Part shown: one piece after another, positions 10,556 to 20,233 of the stretch | Layout of the letters: each line of letters starts with the position of its first letter | Position numbering within the stretch: position 1 is the stretch's first letter | Source: a virus | Taxonomy: Duplodnaviria > Caudoviricetes | Length of the DNA stretch: 47,250 bases | Virus record (IMG/VR): IMGVR_UViG_3300049930_000030 | Coordinates: 1-47,250 of that record | Reading direction: 5' to 3' (one strand) | Notes under the pieces: generated by a model | Seen by the model: the letters and a program-made list of their open reading frames with translations, nothing else | What the model was told of the DNA's origin: nothing | The model's database searches: none | Position numbers and translations under genes: made by a program

Positions 10556-12177
10556 TATTTCACCGGAGCCACGGTTGGGGTGCCTGACGGATGGCCGCTG
10601 CGCGTGAGGCGCAACACGCCGCGGTGGTGCGGAACCGAACGGCCGGTAGCAGTCGTCGTCTCGGGCGCCGGGACCGAGATTGCCACGCCTTGGCACACAG
10701 CGGTCTGTCCAAGTTCGTCGGTTACAGTAAGCGTATAGGTTCCGGCGACGCTAACCACAATGCACTGTGTCGTGGCCGTGAAGCCGCCCGGTCCAGTCCA
10801 TGCCCAAGTGTAAGTGATCCCGGCTGGCGCAGTCGGCCCGCACAATTGAACCGTGCCGTCCGGCAGAACGATGTAATCGGTCAATGGCGTGACGATGCAA
10901 ACTGGGCCTTCGTGCGGAATGTCGCCGGGGCCGTGGTGAATCAGTACGTTTACTTGATTTACCGCCGGCCCCAAACCGATCGTCTTGTTGAACACACGGT
11001 AGAAGTCTTGCCCGATCACCCACCCGTAGCCGGTCGTCGCGCCGGCCCACTGGAAGTTCAAGTCTGAACCGCAAGTGTACTGGGTCCAACCGAGCAGCGA
11101 ATCGCCGCCCTTGAACAGCGTGTGTTCTTCCAACACACCGTTAGTTGTGAACACACCAATGAGCCAGTGATTTACTTGGTCTAGTGCAAAGGCACGATTG
11201 AACGAGTTGTCCCAAGCCACAGTAAGTAACGGCGCGGGTGTGCCAAGGTAGGTCCACGTCTGCCCATAGTTGTCCGAGAAAGCGAGAACAGGAAACTCAT
11301 TGGGCGTTACAAAATCAATCGCGGCCATGCGAATACGGCCGTCTGTGCCAAGCCAGGACATCGGGTTGCGGCCAAATGGATTTGTGTTGCCGAAGTCGTG
11401 AATGAGCGAGAAGTTAATTGTTGCCCAACCATCAATCGTCCACAGACAAGCAAGTTGATAATTTCCAAATCCGATCGCAGGGGAAAAGTCTGCAATCATG
11501 CAGCCAACAAGGTTATCCCCAATCACGGCACTGTCGGCCTTCATAATGCCCATCGGGCCGCCAGAGAGGCGGGACAACGAGAAGTCAAAATACGGCGGGT
11601 CGGCAAAGCCTGGCGTATCGTGAATCTTACGGCCCGTGTCCCAGGTGCCCACGCCCGTGCGCTTGAACAGGTAAACGTCACGCGCCTGCCCACCGGAACC
11701 TGATTCCCATGTAATACAATGTACGTCAATGCCGTTTGAGAACATCGTGGCAATAGAGCGGGTAGCGCCGAAACCTACAGGCGGGACAGCCCCGATAGCG
11801 TCGATCTTTGCAATTGCGGTCCACGTTTGTCCGTTGTCCGTGCTCTCACGGGTGTACACGCCGAACGAGCCATATGCAACGATTAAACGCCCGTCTGTTA
11901 AACGCACCAAGTTGCACGCTTCAATGCCCATCCAAATACCGGCGACTTCACTTTCAATGAGCACCGGGGTACCGGCAACCTCAGTTGCAATATCGAACTC
12001 GTTGTAGAACAAGCGCCGATTGGACACGGCACCATCCACCGCGGCAGCAACCCAAACCTCCTGCATGACGCCGCTGGCCCCGCGCGTGGGATCAAAACAA
12101 AGCTGGCCGACCCGCTGCGTCGCGCCAGTATTATGATTCTCGTTGTCGAGCCGAACGTCGGTGCAAGAAATCGGCAT
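10555..12177 (-). CDS. Asp-box (BNR) beta-propeller protein with C-terminal PKD/Ig-like domain; possible virion glycan-binding protein or depolymerase
   Basis: Asp-boxes STDNGQTW and SDNYGQTW plus degenerate TIDGWAT; C-terminal TYTWAWTGPGG...AGTYTLTVTD. Confidence 0.7.
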   Translation of the reverse strand: MPISCTDVRLDNENHNTGATQRVGQLCFDPTRGASGVMQEVWVAAAVDGAVSNRRLFYNEFDIATEVAGTPVLIESEVAGIWMGIEACNLVRLTDGRLIVAYGSFGVYTRESTDNGQTWTAIAKIDAIGAVPPVGFGATRSIATMFSNGIDVHCITWESGSGGQARDVYLFKRTGVGTWDTGRKIHDTPGFADPPYFDFSLSRLSGGPMGIMKADSAVIGDNLVGCMIADFSPAIGFGNYQLACLWTIDGWATINFSLIHDFGNTNPFGRNPMSWLGTDGRIRMAAIDFVTPNEFPVLAFSDNYGQTWTYLGTPAPLLTVAWDNSFNRAFALDQVNHWLIGVFTTNGVLEEHTLFKGGDSLLGWTQYTCGSDLNFQWAGATTGYGWVIGQDFYRVFNKTIGLGPAVNQVNVLIHHGPGDIPHEGPVCIVTPLTDYIVLPDGTVQLCGPTAPAGITYTWAWTGPGGFTATTQCIVVSVAGTYTLTVTDELGQTAVCQGVAISVPAPETTTATGRSVPHHRGVLRLTRSGHPSGTPTVAPVK

Positions 12178-13142
12178 TAGATCGTGTCCATCCAGCGGCG
12201 CGGGCGGGGCACGTTGTTCCAGTCCACTTCGGGGATGAACAACATATCGTCGTCCACTTGGCCGCTGTCGTCGTCAATGCACTCTTTAAGTGCAGCCAAC
12301 GCACTTTGCTTCCGGTCGCCCGTGCGAACAATTTCTGAGTCCTTGTTCGCCATGTAGTGATATTCAGCGAGTTGGAGTAGCGCATCTACATAGATGTCGG
12401 GCACGTCCAACGTGCGGGCCTCGTCAGCCACGGAAACGTCGTTTAAAAACTTCTGAATCTCACGGAAGTATTCGAGAACAAGAGTATCAACAAAAGTGGT
12501 AGTCGCTCCGGTGGGGGTAGACACGAGGCGCAGCACGGACGTGGGCAACGGCAGAATGTTTGCCGCGTCCGGGATGCCCTGCAACGGCTCAATCATATAG
12601 CCCCACTGCCCAAAGTCGGCAGTTGGGTCGCTCACCCGGTTCACGAACCGCGAGCGTGCGTAGGTCAACGTTACACCACTGGTCAGGCGCGCGTAGCTTG
12701 GCTCTTTGACCAGGTACGGCAATGCGTAATCGCTCTGGCCCGACCAGATGGGAATTGGCCCGCTGAACGTAAGCGTGATCGGGTCGTTGGACGCCGTGGC
12801 AAGGGCCGACAATGTAAGTTGGCTGTTGGAAACCTTGGCGAGCACGGTCGTGCCAGCCGGGATGCCGGTGCCAGAAACCGTCGTGCCCTTGTACACGTTA
12901 GCGAAGTTGGGGAAGGTCACGCCCGTGGGCAGCACGAGAACGTTGGAGCCGAGCGTCGTGAGGGAGGCAACGGTGAAAGTGTTCAGGTTATCAAGACGCA
13001 GAAAGTCCCAAGTGTTTCTGTTCCAAGTGTTGATCGCACGGTTAATTGCCTCGCCGGCAGCACGAAGCTCATCTTGGTCATTTTGCCCCCCCAAACTTCT
13101 AGCAACAACAATCTTTGCGTTAGTAAGAGTCATTGTTGACAT
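12177..13142 (-). CDS. Head-tail adaptor / tubular protein A with inserted small beta domain
   Basis: Helical N-terminus (AINRAINTWN..WDFL) and C-terminal LDVPDIYVDALLQLAEYH; inserted VSGTGIPAGTTV..LTLS module; synteny. Confidence 0.6.
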   Translation of the reverse strand: MSTMTLTNAKIVVARSLGGQNDQDELRAAGEAINRAINTWNRNTWDFLRLDNLNTFTVASLTTLGSNVLVLPTGVTFPNFANVYKGTTVSGTGIPAGTTVLAKVSNSQLTLSALATASNDPITLTFSGPIPIWSGQSDYALPYLVKEPSYARLTSGVTLTYARSRFVNRVSDPTADFGQWGYMIEPLQGIPDAANILPLPTSVLRLVSTPTGATTTFVDTLVLEYFREIQKFLNDVSVADEARTLDVPDIYVDALLQLAEYHYMANKDSEIVRTGDRKQSALAALKECIDDDSGQVDDDMLFIPEVDWNNVPRPRRWMDTI

Positions 13143-13171
13143 TAGCTAGTTCCTCAAAGGAAGCAACGCAT

Positions 13172-13531
13172 TTAGTTACCTCGAACGCGAAGGTCAAACA
13201 ACGGGAAGTCGCGGAGAAACTGTTCCATCTTGGGCTCGTTGGAGCCATCAAGCTCAGGGTCGCACGCGGTCATAATCTCGACCACGTTCACCGGGATTCG
13301 GCAAGTATGAAAGAAACCACCGCCAACCGAGAAGTTCTTCGATCCCGTGACCGGGGCAGACTTGGCGTGGACGCGGTACATTTCCCTGATGTCCTTCTGC
13401 TGCTGAACGAACGAGCCCCACCAGGGAATCGTGGCGAACATACGCTCGTCGGACAGGAGAGACTTGAGCAAGTTGCGGTTACTGTAGCCACCAACGTAAG
13501 GCGTCCGACGCGATCTAACGGTCGCTGCCAT
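13172..13531 (-). CDS. Hypothetical protein (head module)
   Basis: 119 aa ORF in late operon, overlapping upstream gene. Confidence 0.65.
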   Translation of the reverse strand: MAATVRSRRTPYVGGYSNRNLLKSLLSDERMFATIPWWGSFVQQQKDIREMYRVHAKSAPVTGSKNFSVGGGFFHTCRIPVNVVEIMTACDPELDGSNEPKMEQFLRDFPLFDLRVRGN

Positions 13532-13709
13532 TCGCGTTGTTGTCCTTCGGGGTCGGGTCGCCGCCGTGCTGCGCGTAGGTTTCGTACAGGTTGTCGGGCG
13601 GGCAGGGCACGGCGTCTACCGGATGAATGTCACCCCACATGGTATCATACAAATCCGGCGCAACCGGGTGGCCGTCCTTGGAGAAGTTGTTGTTTCGATC
13701 GCGGGCCAT
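13515..13709 (-). CDS. Hypothetical small acidic protein
   Basis: GGAGG RBS; fills the operon gap. Confidence 0.6.
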   Translation of the reverse strand: MARDRNNNFSKDGHPVAPDLYDTMWGDIHPVDAVPCPPDNLYETYAQHGGDPTPKDNNANGSDR

Positions 13710-13717
13710 GAAGCCTC

Positions 13718-14161
13718 CTAGTAGTAGACCGTTGTGACAACCGTGTAAATCGCCGGGCCGGCTGTTGCCGCTTTGGTGAGCGTGATCCAGGCTGAGGCAA
13801 CACCATACATCTTTGGTGCCGAATCAGAATTAAAAACTGGATCAATAGCTGCTCGAACAAGCACGAAACGTGGCGTGGTGGTTGAAAGGTCAGCCGTAAT
13901 AATCACACCAGCAGCATTGAGATTTGTGGCCGCATTTGCCGTGCCCGCAGCAAACGCACCGGGAGTGAGAGTGACTTGTTTTTGATCGGTCATCAAGACT
14001 TGAGGGGAGGCCGTTGCAAGTTGGTGCGTCGTGTTGCAAGACACGGTGAACGAAATGGCCTTTGCACCAAGACAATCAACATGCCCTGAGTCGGCATTTT
14101 GTCCAGACGCAAGTGTGACCGTGCTCGTGTACTGGTAGTAGTTTGGATTATTCTGAGCCAT
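13718..14161 (-). CDS. Beta-rich virion protein candidate
   Basis: 147 aa, Thr/Ala-rich; AGGAG RBS. Confidence 0.6.
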   Translation of the reverse strand: MAQNNPNYYQYTSTVTLASGQNADSGHVDCLGAKAISFTVSCNTTHQLATASPQVLMTDQKQVTLTPGAFAAGTANAATNLNAAGVIITADLSTTTPRFVLVRAAIDPVFNSDSAPKMYGVASAWITLTKAATAGPAIYTVVTTVYY

Positions 14162-14220
14162 GTGTCTCTCCTACAGAACGCGGGGGGCGCCACACAGCGC
14201 AATCCCCCGCCCTGGGTTGG

Positions 14221-14664
14221 TTAGCCCACACGCTCGACGGAAATGTAAACGTCGGCAATCGCGGCCGTGGTGAACGTGCCCGAACCAAGCAGCGTGACGA
14301 GAAGGTTAGACCCCGCCGCTTGCAGGTAAAGGCCGTCCTGTGCGAGAAACGTTCCGGCCGCTCCGGTGAGGTCAAGCGCCGTGATGGCGCCGGCAACACC
14401 AGCGCGTGCCGTGTCGGCCGCAGCGACAGCCGTGCCGTTGTTGTGCGTGACCTGGCTCTTGACGGCCTGCGACGCGCCCGTTCCCGCCGTGCGGATACGC
14501 ACGAGGGTCGTGACGCGGTAGATGCCGGTCAAGTCACAGGCATAGGTGAGAAGGTTCGTGCCTTCCGTAGCGCCCGAGCCCGTAATCATTGTGACAGAGT
14601 TCTTGTTGATTGCCGCAACCGTACCGTAGTTGTAGGGCCACGACTGACTTCCGAAAGCAGGCAT
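14221..14664 (-). CDS. Capsid decoration candidate, paralog 2
   Basis: Clearly homologous to 14689..15129 (RTAGTGASQ, LTALDLT, GSGTFTTAAI motifs shared or near-identical); downstream of MCP. Confidence 0.6.
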   Translation of the reverse strand: MPAFGSQSWPYNYGTVAAINKNSVTMITGSGATEGTNLLTYACDLTGIYRVTTLVRIRTAGTGASQAVKSQVTHNNGTAVAAADTARAGVAGAITALDLTGAAGTFLAQDGLYLQAAGSNLLVTLLGSGTFTTAAIADVYISVERVG

Positions 14665-14688
14665 TTCTGTTCTCCCGGCGCCGTGCGC

Positions 14689-15129
14689 CTAGATGGCCTC
14701 GATGCTAAAGTAAACGTCGATGATCGCAGCCGTAGTGAAGGTGCCCGACCCGGTGAGGTTAACCGTGATCGCCGTGCTCACGTCCGCGAAAATAACCATG
14801 CTCGACATGCCGTTGGTGCCAGCCGCCGCAGTCAGGTCAAGAGCCGTGAGAGTGGCCGCCCCGATGAAGGGAAGGACGTTTGCAGCGGCAACGGCCGCAC
14901 CGTTGTTGTAAGCCACCTTGGCAACAACAGACTGTGACGCTCCGGTGCCAGCCGTCCGAACGCGAACGTAGGAATTGATTCGGTAAAGGCCCGCACGTTC
15001 GGCCGTGTAGGTGAGCTTGTCAATGCCTTCGGCCGCGGAAGCGCCCGTCGCAGCAGTGACACTTGTGGAGTTGATCGACGCAACGCGACCGTATGCGTAT
15101 GGTCCCGCTGCACTTCCAAGAGCCGGCAT
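14689..15129 (-). CDS. Capsid decoration candidate, paralog 1
   Basis: Directly downstream of MCP; GAAAGGA RBS; beta-rich. Confidence 0.6.
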   Translation of the reverse strand: MPALGSAAGPYAYGRVASINSTSVTAATGASAAEGIDKLTYTAERAGLYRINSYVRVRTAGTGASQSVVAKVAYNNGAAVAAANVLPFIGAATLTALDLTAAAGTNGMSSMVIFADVSTAITVNLTGSGTFTTAAIIDVYFSIEAI

Positions 15130-15152
15130 TTCGCTGTCCTTTCGTTGGTGGG

Positions 15153-15184
15153 TTGGGGCCTAAGTATATATACCTAGGCCCCAA
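15153..15184 (-). other. Strong hairpin after major capsid gene (mRNA stabiliser or attenuator)
   Basis: TTGGGGCCTA...TAGGCCCCAA perfect 10-bp arms, extendable inward; no U-tract. Confidence 0.65.
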
Positions 15185-15189
15185 GCACG

Positions 15190-16239
15190 TTAAATGTCAG
15201 CGACGCCAGTGATCTTGCCCATGCGATCGGTGCGGACTTCAAGACAACCCTCGCCCACAACCTGGAACGCGAGGGAGTCACCACGCTTGCCGATCATGTT
15301 GGTCTGGAAGTTGTCGAGCCACGCCATCTTGAGCATGTCGCGCTGTAGGAACCAGATGCGCCCGGAGTTCGGGTCAGCAACGTCCGTGCTCGACACAACC
15401 TCGTTGGCCTTCGTCACCCAGATGTTGCCGACCACGCGCGCGGTGCCGGCGTCCGTTCTGTAGTAATCGAACGTGGCAACGACCGTGTTCAGGCCATCCA
15501 GGTTACGAGTCATCGGGGCCGCAGCACTGCCAAAGCCGACAAAGTTCTGGCTCACCCACTGCTTGCGGGCGAGGGACATATGAATGTCCGTGACCTTGCA
15601 GCCGGCCTCGTTGCATGAGCGGATGATCGTGAGGAAGTCGGCTTCGGTCGGATTGGCGCGGGCGAGAATGTTCGTGCCGTAGCCAAGGGCGCTGTTATCA
15701 ACCAGCATCCCGGTCGTCGCGGTCGAATCGTCCAGCGTCTTTTCGAGACGGATCGCGCCGGTAGCGACGCCAGCCGCACTCTTGGTCGAGAAGTGGCGGG
15801 CTTCCACCGCACGCATAAGCTCGACCATGACCTTCTTCGATTCCTTGCCCGCCAAGTCCTTGATGCCCGCCGTGCCGCCCTTGCGCGCAATGGTAATCTG
15901 CGTGCGGGTCAGGCCGAAGAACGTCTCAAAAATCTGCGGGTAGCTCGACTTGCGGGTGGGATACGTCAGGGCGTCGGCGTTGAAGTCCTCGCCCTCGTTC
16001 CGTCCCGTGACCAGCGACGTGCCCGGCGCGAAGCCGCTGAACGTCTTGGGATTTCTCAGAACCTCGTTCGACCAGTCGTGACGAACGGCTGTCGCCTCAG
16101 TCGTCCCAATGGACGACATCAGCGGCGTGTCCGTACGATCCAGATTCACGATCCAGTCCGCAAAGTCCTCGCGGTTGCTGCCCGTGCCGGGAGTCTGGCC
16201 GAGCAGAACGGTAGAGGCGAAATTAACAGGAATAGCCAT
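15190..16239 (-). CDS. Major capsid protein, DUF5309/SU10-MCP type
   Basis: GSNREDFADWIVNLDRTDTPLMSSIG..ATAVRHDW motif and C-terminal KRGDS..VVGEGCLEVR; start MAIPVNF with GGAG RBS. Confidence 0.88.
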   Translation of the reverse strand: MAIPVNFASTVLLGQTPGTGSNREDFADWIVNLDRTDTPLMSSIGTTEATAVRHDWSNEVLRNPKTFSGFAPGTSLVTGRNEGEDFNADALTYPTRKSSYPQIFETFFGLTRTQITIARKGGTAGIKDLAGKESKKVMVELMRAVEARHFSTKSAAGVATGAIRLEKTLDDSTATTGMLVDNSALGYGTNILARANPTEADFLTIIRSCNEAGCKVTDIHMSLARKQWVSQNFVGFGSAAAPMTRNLDGLNTVVATFDYYRTDAGTARVVGNIWVTKANEVVSSTDVADPNSGRIWFLQRDMLKMAWLDNFQTNMIGKRGDSLAFQVVGEGCLEVRTDRMGKITGVADI

Positions 16240-16274
16240 TGGTGTTGCTCCGTTACTTGAGGTTGAGGCTTGGT

Positions 16275-17240
16275 CTACGGCGTGAAGTTGGTCCCGCCAT
16301 ACCAAGCCTTCTGCAAGTCAGCCTCGGAGAACGGCAGCATGTTCGTGATTCCACGTTCGATCATTGAGTCGTCGCCTGCGTTCGCCCTGGCAATTGCCTC
16401 GGCACGATCCACAGGCTGTCCCGCCTGACCGTTCGTGATGCGGTTCCGCGTTTCCTCTCCGCGGCCAGCGAGAACGCCAGCGTGGGAGCGCGCGGCCTGC
16501 GTCGCCGCTGTGGTCGCTCCGGCAGCAGCAGTCATCTGCTGGTGCGTGGAGCTAAACACGGCTTCACGAAACTTTGTGACGGCAAGTTCGTTCGCCAACT
16601 CGGGCTGTCCGGCCATGCGCGCGGCGTTTACAAGGTACGCCGTGCGCGGGTCGCTCGCCACGAAAGCGTCGATCCGGGGCTTAAGGGTCAGGTACTCTGG
16701 CCCGTAAGTTTCCACCGCCTTCTGGTCAGCCTGGGCGGCCTTGATGAACGGCTGCAAAATTTCGTTCACCTTGGCGTCCACGAGTTGGTTCACGCCCGGT
16801 TCCAGCAATTGCCGGGGGACGTGATACTCAGACTCAAGCCGGTCCAGCGAGTCGGCGGCCGGGGCCTGGCCGTAGCCCTGCGGCAATCCCGCAGGCGACT
16901 GACGCCCAAAGCCACTTGCCATCTGCTGCTTTAGCGTTGCGTTTTCCTCCCTCAACTGCGTCGCCTCGTCTTTCGTGCGCGAGGCGTAGTTGCGGAGGTT
17001 CACGACGCTGTTGTATGCCGTTTCCGGGTCTGCGTATCCGAGCTTTTCCCACGGCTGCGGGACTACCGCTTCCGGGGACGGAGCAACAGGGGCCGCCTGC
17101 TGCGATGCGCCGTTACCAGCCGGGCTTGACGGCTGACCCTGGGGCTCGACCGGAGCGGTCAGGCCGTCAAGGTTCTCGTTGTTCAGCGCATCTTCTAAGC
17201 CGCGCGTCAGGTCCGCTGACACGTCATCATTCATAGCCAC
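16275..17240 (-). CDS. Capsid scaffolding protein
   Basis: Acidic/Pro-rich N-terminus and coiled coil; directly upstream of MCP. Confidence 0.7.
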   Translation of the reverse strand: MAMNDDVSADLTRGLEDALNNENLDGLTAPVEPQGQPSSPAGNGASQQAAPVAPSPEAVVPQPWEKLGYADPETAYNSVVNLRNYASRTKDEATQLREENATLKQQMASGFGRQSPAGLPQGYGQAPAADSLDRLESEYHVPRQLLEPGVNQLVDAKVNEILQPFIKAAQADQKAVETYGPEYLTLKPRIDAFVASDPRTAYLVNAARMAGQPELANELAVTKFREAVFSSTHQQMTAAAGATTAATQAARSHAGVLAGRGEETRNRITNGQAGQPVDRAEAIARANAGDDSMIERGITNMLPFSEADLQKAWYGGTNFTP

Positions 17241-17274
17241 ACTTTACCTCGTTAGGTTTGCGTTGTAAAGCACT

Positions 17275-17604
17275 TTATTCGCCTTCGATCACGCCCGGAT
17301 AACCAAAACCAAGGTGTGCTCGGGCGTCCAGAGCACGCGCGCGACGGTCATCGTCCCGCGTTTCCTCGGCCTGCTGCATGTGCTGTTCGACTAAAGAACC
17401 TGGCCACGAGATTGCGAGCCTGAGCGCGTCGATCCTCCCGCGCAGGTAATCGTCGGGCAATTCGCTCTTGCGCTTCGCAGCGGGATTGAGCAGTTGGGTT
17501 TCCCACACCTTGATTACTGACTCACAACGCTTGCTGTACGCCTCCCACCCAGGTTCCCCGAGCAGGGCACTTAGCTGCAAGATGTCACGCGGTACGTTGC
17601 TCAC
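17275..17604 (-). CDS. Small helical protein between portal and scaffold
   Basis: 109 aa; GTGA overlap with portal stop; GW...YLRGRIDAL pattern. Confidence 0.7.
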   Translation of the reverse strand: MSNVPRDILQLSALLGEPGWEAYSKRCESVIKVWETQLLNPAAKRKSELPDDYLRGRIDALRLAISWPGSLVEQHMQQAEETRDDDRRARALDARAHLGFGYPGVIEGE

Positions 17605-19625
17605 TGCAACCCTCCCGAAATTGAACCGGCCATTTGGCCGATGTCACCCGCGCCATTTGGCATTGCGCCCGCCTGCACACCACCGCCTGCGGCTGTGCCA
17701 AGCGCGTCGCCGCCTAGGTTGCTGCCTTCCGCTTGCCCGATGATGGCCTCCGGGCCTTGCTTCTGGCTCGCCATCATTTGGAGCGCAAGCTGTGCGCCGT
17801 AGGCTTGCGGGTTCTGTACAACCAACTCGTTCACCTGGCTACCAATCTCGTTGATGTCCGCAAGCTGGCGAATCCAGCCGAGCAGGTTGAGTTGAGCCAT
17901 CATCGCGGGGCCGCCCATTTGGGCCGCCTGGAACGCCGTCTGCATGGTCAAGATGAAGTTCTGCGATCGCATGGCCTGGCTGAGACGCTGGCTCGTGCCC
18001 ACCGCGCGGGCGCGCAAGCGAACGGCCACGTCGTCAGGAGTCACCTGAACCTGTGAGCCGGCCGGCATCTGGTTCGGACCACCCGTGATTGGATCGACCA
18101 CGGCAAGGTCGCCCAACAGTTGGGCCGTGCGGCCTTCCGTGAGGAATTGGCGATCAAGTTCCATGCAGGCGTCGGCGTCGAGCGTCAGCCACATTTCTTC
18201 GGCAAGTTGGCACTCTTGGTCAAGTCGCGTGCCGGCAGCCTCGCTGCGGGCAAGCACGCCGCGGGCCGTTTCGCGCGGATTGGAGGGCAAGCCTTGCCCG
18301 ACATCATCAATAATGCCCGTGCCCTTCTGGATCATCGTGCCCAGGGCGCCGACCGTGTTGATGCCGAACTCGATGCCTTGAAGCGGGAACTCGAAGGCGC
18401 GCAGGCCCTCGTTGGGGTTTCCGCGCGTTTTAATCACCCGGCCCGCCTTAATCATCATGCCGCGGGGATCGAGCAGAATGTTCTCGTCCGCGAAGATCGG
18501 GGGCGCAATGGCGAGGTCAAGGTAGTCGAGCGACTGGTTCAAGAACTTGTTCTGTGCGCGCTGTAGGGCCAGGCCGACCTCTACCTTGCCCGGAGCGAAG
18601 AAGAAGTGCGGATCGAAGAATGGGGAATACGCGAAGAAAACGTAGTCGAGACGCCCGTGCGCCCAGGGGAACGGTTCGTCCAATAGGACATAGGCATTGT
18701 TCGCAACGACGATGCGGCGAAACGTAATGCCATCCGGTGACAGGGCGCGCGGGACATAACCGATGAAATCGACAAGTTGGACCGGCCGGGAGTACGGGTC
18801 GTACTGTTTTGGATTTCCCGAAATCACGTCCACGCCACGCGTGTTCCGCATGTCGGTGTACATATCCGCGGAGACGGCACCCGTTTGCTTGAGCCGCGCA
18901 AGCTCGGAACGGTTCGTGAACTCGCCACTTTCAAAACGGGCCTCAACCGCGTCCAAGTCCTCCCACCACCGCGAGGCCGCGCGTCGAGCTTCGGAAATCA
19001 TGTTCTTTCCGGGCTCAAGGAAGAAGTCGAGTAAGTCGATGTTCTTTGCAGAAGGGCCGTCGAATACGGTGTCGCGCGCTGTCCGGCCGATGCGATAACG
19101 TTTGCCGTCCATAGGGGACTGCATAGTTTCAAAGTGGGCCGCGTCGCGTTGCTCGTACCGCCAACCCCTCTGCATTACGCCAGTGCCATACATGCCGGCA
19201 GCCTTGATGAGAAGGTATTTCTTTAAGTAACCGCTGTCCTCGCGGTCCTGCTGATAGTACAACGCCTGCTGCTTGCGCGCGTAGCTCGCCCCGCCCACGA
19301 TCGGTGTGCCCTCAAAAGTGATGGGCGCTCCGGTCAGCAGAGCACGAGTTTTCCGGGCAACATCGGCCTCGACCGCAGCGAACAGGGAATTCGTCGTGAC
19401 GTTGTTCCGAAACGGGTGATCCTCACCACGGGAGACGCCGCGGTAGAGATTGTAAAGTTCCGGGAGCCTGCGCCGCGATGACCAAGTGTAGGCTTCGCTG
19501 CGTGTGATGAACGTGGTTACGAATTGTGCCGTCTGAACATTTCGGTCCTGCTCGGTTCGGGCACGCTGCATATCTTCGTAATTCGTGCCCACGACGCCAG
19601 AGACGTTTTCCATCAACATGCTCAT
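17601..19625 (-). CDS. Portal protein (SU10/P22-like)
   Basis: 674 aa; YGTGV, DFFLEP, LQRAQN and ETARG motifs; Gln/Gly tail; TGATG coupling at 19625. Confidence 0.85.
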   Translation of the reverse strand: MSMLMENVSGVVGTNYEDMQRARTEQDRNVQTAQFVTTFITRSEAYTWSSRRRLPELYNLYRGVSRGEDHPFRNNVTTNSLFAAVEADVARKTRALLTGAPITFEGTPIVGGASYARKQQALYYQQDREDSGYLKKYLLIKAAGMYGTGVMQRGWRYEQRDAAHFETMQSPMDGKRYRIGRTARDTVFDGPSAKNIDLLDFFLEPGKNMISEARRAASRWWEDLDAVEARFESGEFTNRSELARLKQTGAVSADMYTDMRNTRGVDVISGNPKQYDPYSRPVQLVDFIGYVPRALSPDGITFRRIVVANNAYVLLDEPFPWAHGRLDYVFFAYSPFFDPHFFFAPGKVEVGLALQRAQNKFLNQSLDYLDLAIAPPIFADENILLDPRGMMIKAGRVIKTRGNPNEGLRAFEFPLQGIEFGINTVGALGTMIQKGTGIIDDVGQGLPSNPRETARGVLARSEAAGTRLDQECQLAEEMWLTLDADACMELDRQFLTEGRTAQLLGDLAVVDPITGGPNQMPAGSQVQVTPDDVAVRLRARAVGTSQRLSQAMRSQNFILTMQTAFQAAQMGGPAMMAQLNLLGWIRQLADINEIGSQVNELVVQNPQAYGAQLALQMMASQKQGPEAIIGQAEGSNLGGDALGTAAGGGVQAGAMPNGAGDIGQMAGSISGGLQ

Positions 19626-20233
19626 CAGGCGAGTTCCTTGTACCACGGGGGAAGGTCAAGCTGAATCAGGCCGTTCGGCCCCAAAATGGAGTCCTGGTCG
19701 CGGGCCAGGTACACAAGATCGCGGAGACGCATCACATCACCCCTACAGTATCGGTAAAGTTTTGCGATCTGTCCACTTGCAAACAGTTCGTAGGCATCCT
19801 TGCCGTTGCCCTCTTTCGGAAGGCCCAAATTCCATTCGGCAAGGTTGGAAAGGCGGGAGCCGCGCATGAATCGACCGTTGCCGTCACGAATCCAGGACAA
19901 AGGGTCCACGATTTCGGGCAAATTCAGCGTTCTTTTCGCCAATGCGGACACAACACTCACGTCAAAGTTGTGATTGAAGGCCGAAACGACCGGAAAAGAT
20001 TCCAAAAACTCGGCAAGTTCGTTCACCGTGCTTTCATCCCATAATTCGTAGTCGCGCGAGCGCGAATCCCACGTCACCGCGACGCTCATACCGCCCTCAC
20101 CGGCCATCATGCGTTTAAATGCAAGGGCTCGCCGGGCCTTTTCGTCCGGTGCGAAGCACAAAGGCTCAAGGTCACGGGCAATTTCGGTGTCGAACGCGCA
20201 CCAGTCGATCACGTTTGCCTTTGGATCAAACAC
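19625..20233 (-). CDS. DEDDy 3'-5' exonuclease, RNase_H_2/YprB-like
   Basis: ExoI FDTE, ExoII FNHNFD, ExoIII YCRGD, and family-typical LSNLAEWNLG.K.GNG; GTG start with GGAGG RBS. Confidence 0.85.
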   Translation of the reverse strand: MFDPKANVIDWCAFDTEIARDLEPLCFAPDEKARRALAFKRMMAGEGGMSVAVTWDSRSRDYELWDESTVNELAEFLESFPVVSAFNHNFDVSVVSALAKRTLNLPEIVDPLSWIRDGNGRFMRGSRLSNLAEWNLGLPKEGNGKDAYELFASGQIAKLYRYCRGDVMRLRDLVYLARDQDSILGPNGLIQLDLPPWYKELA

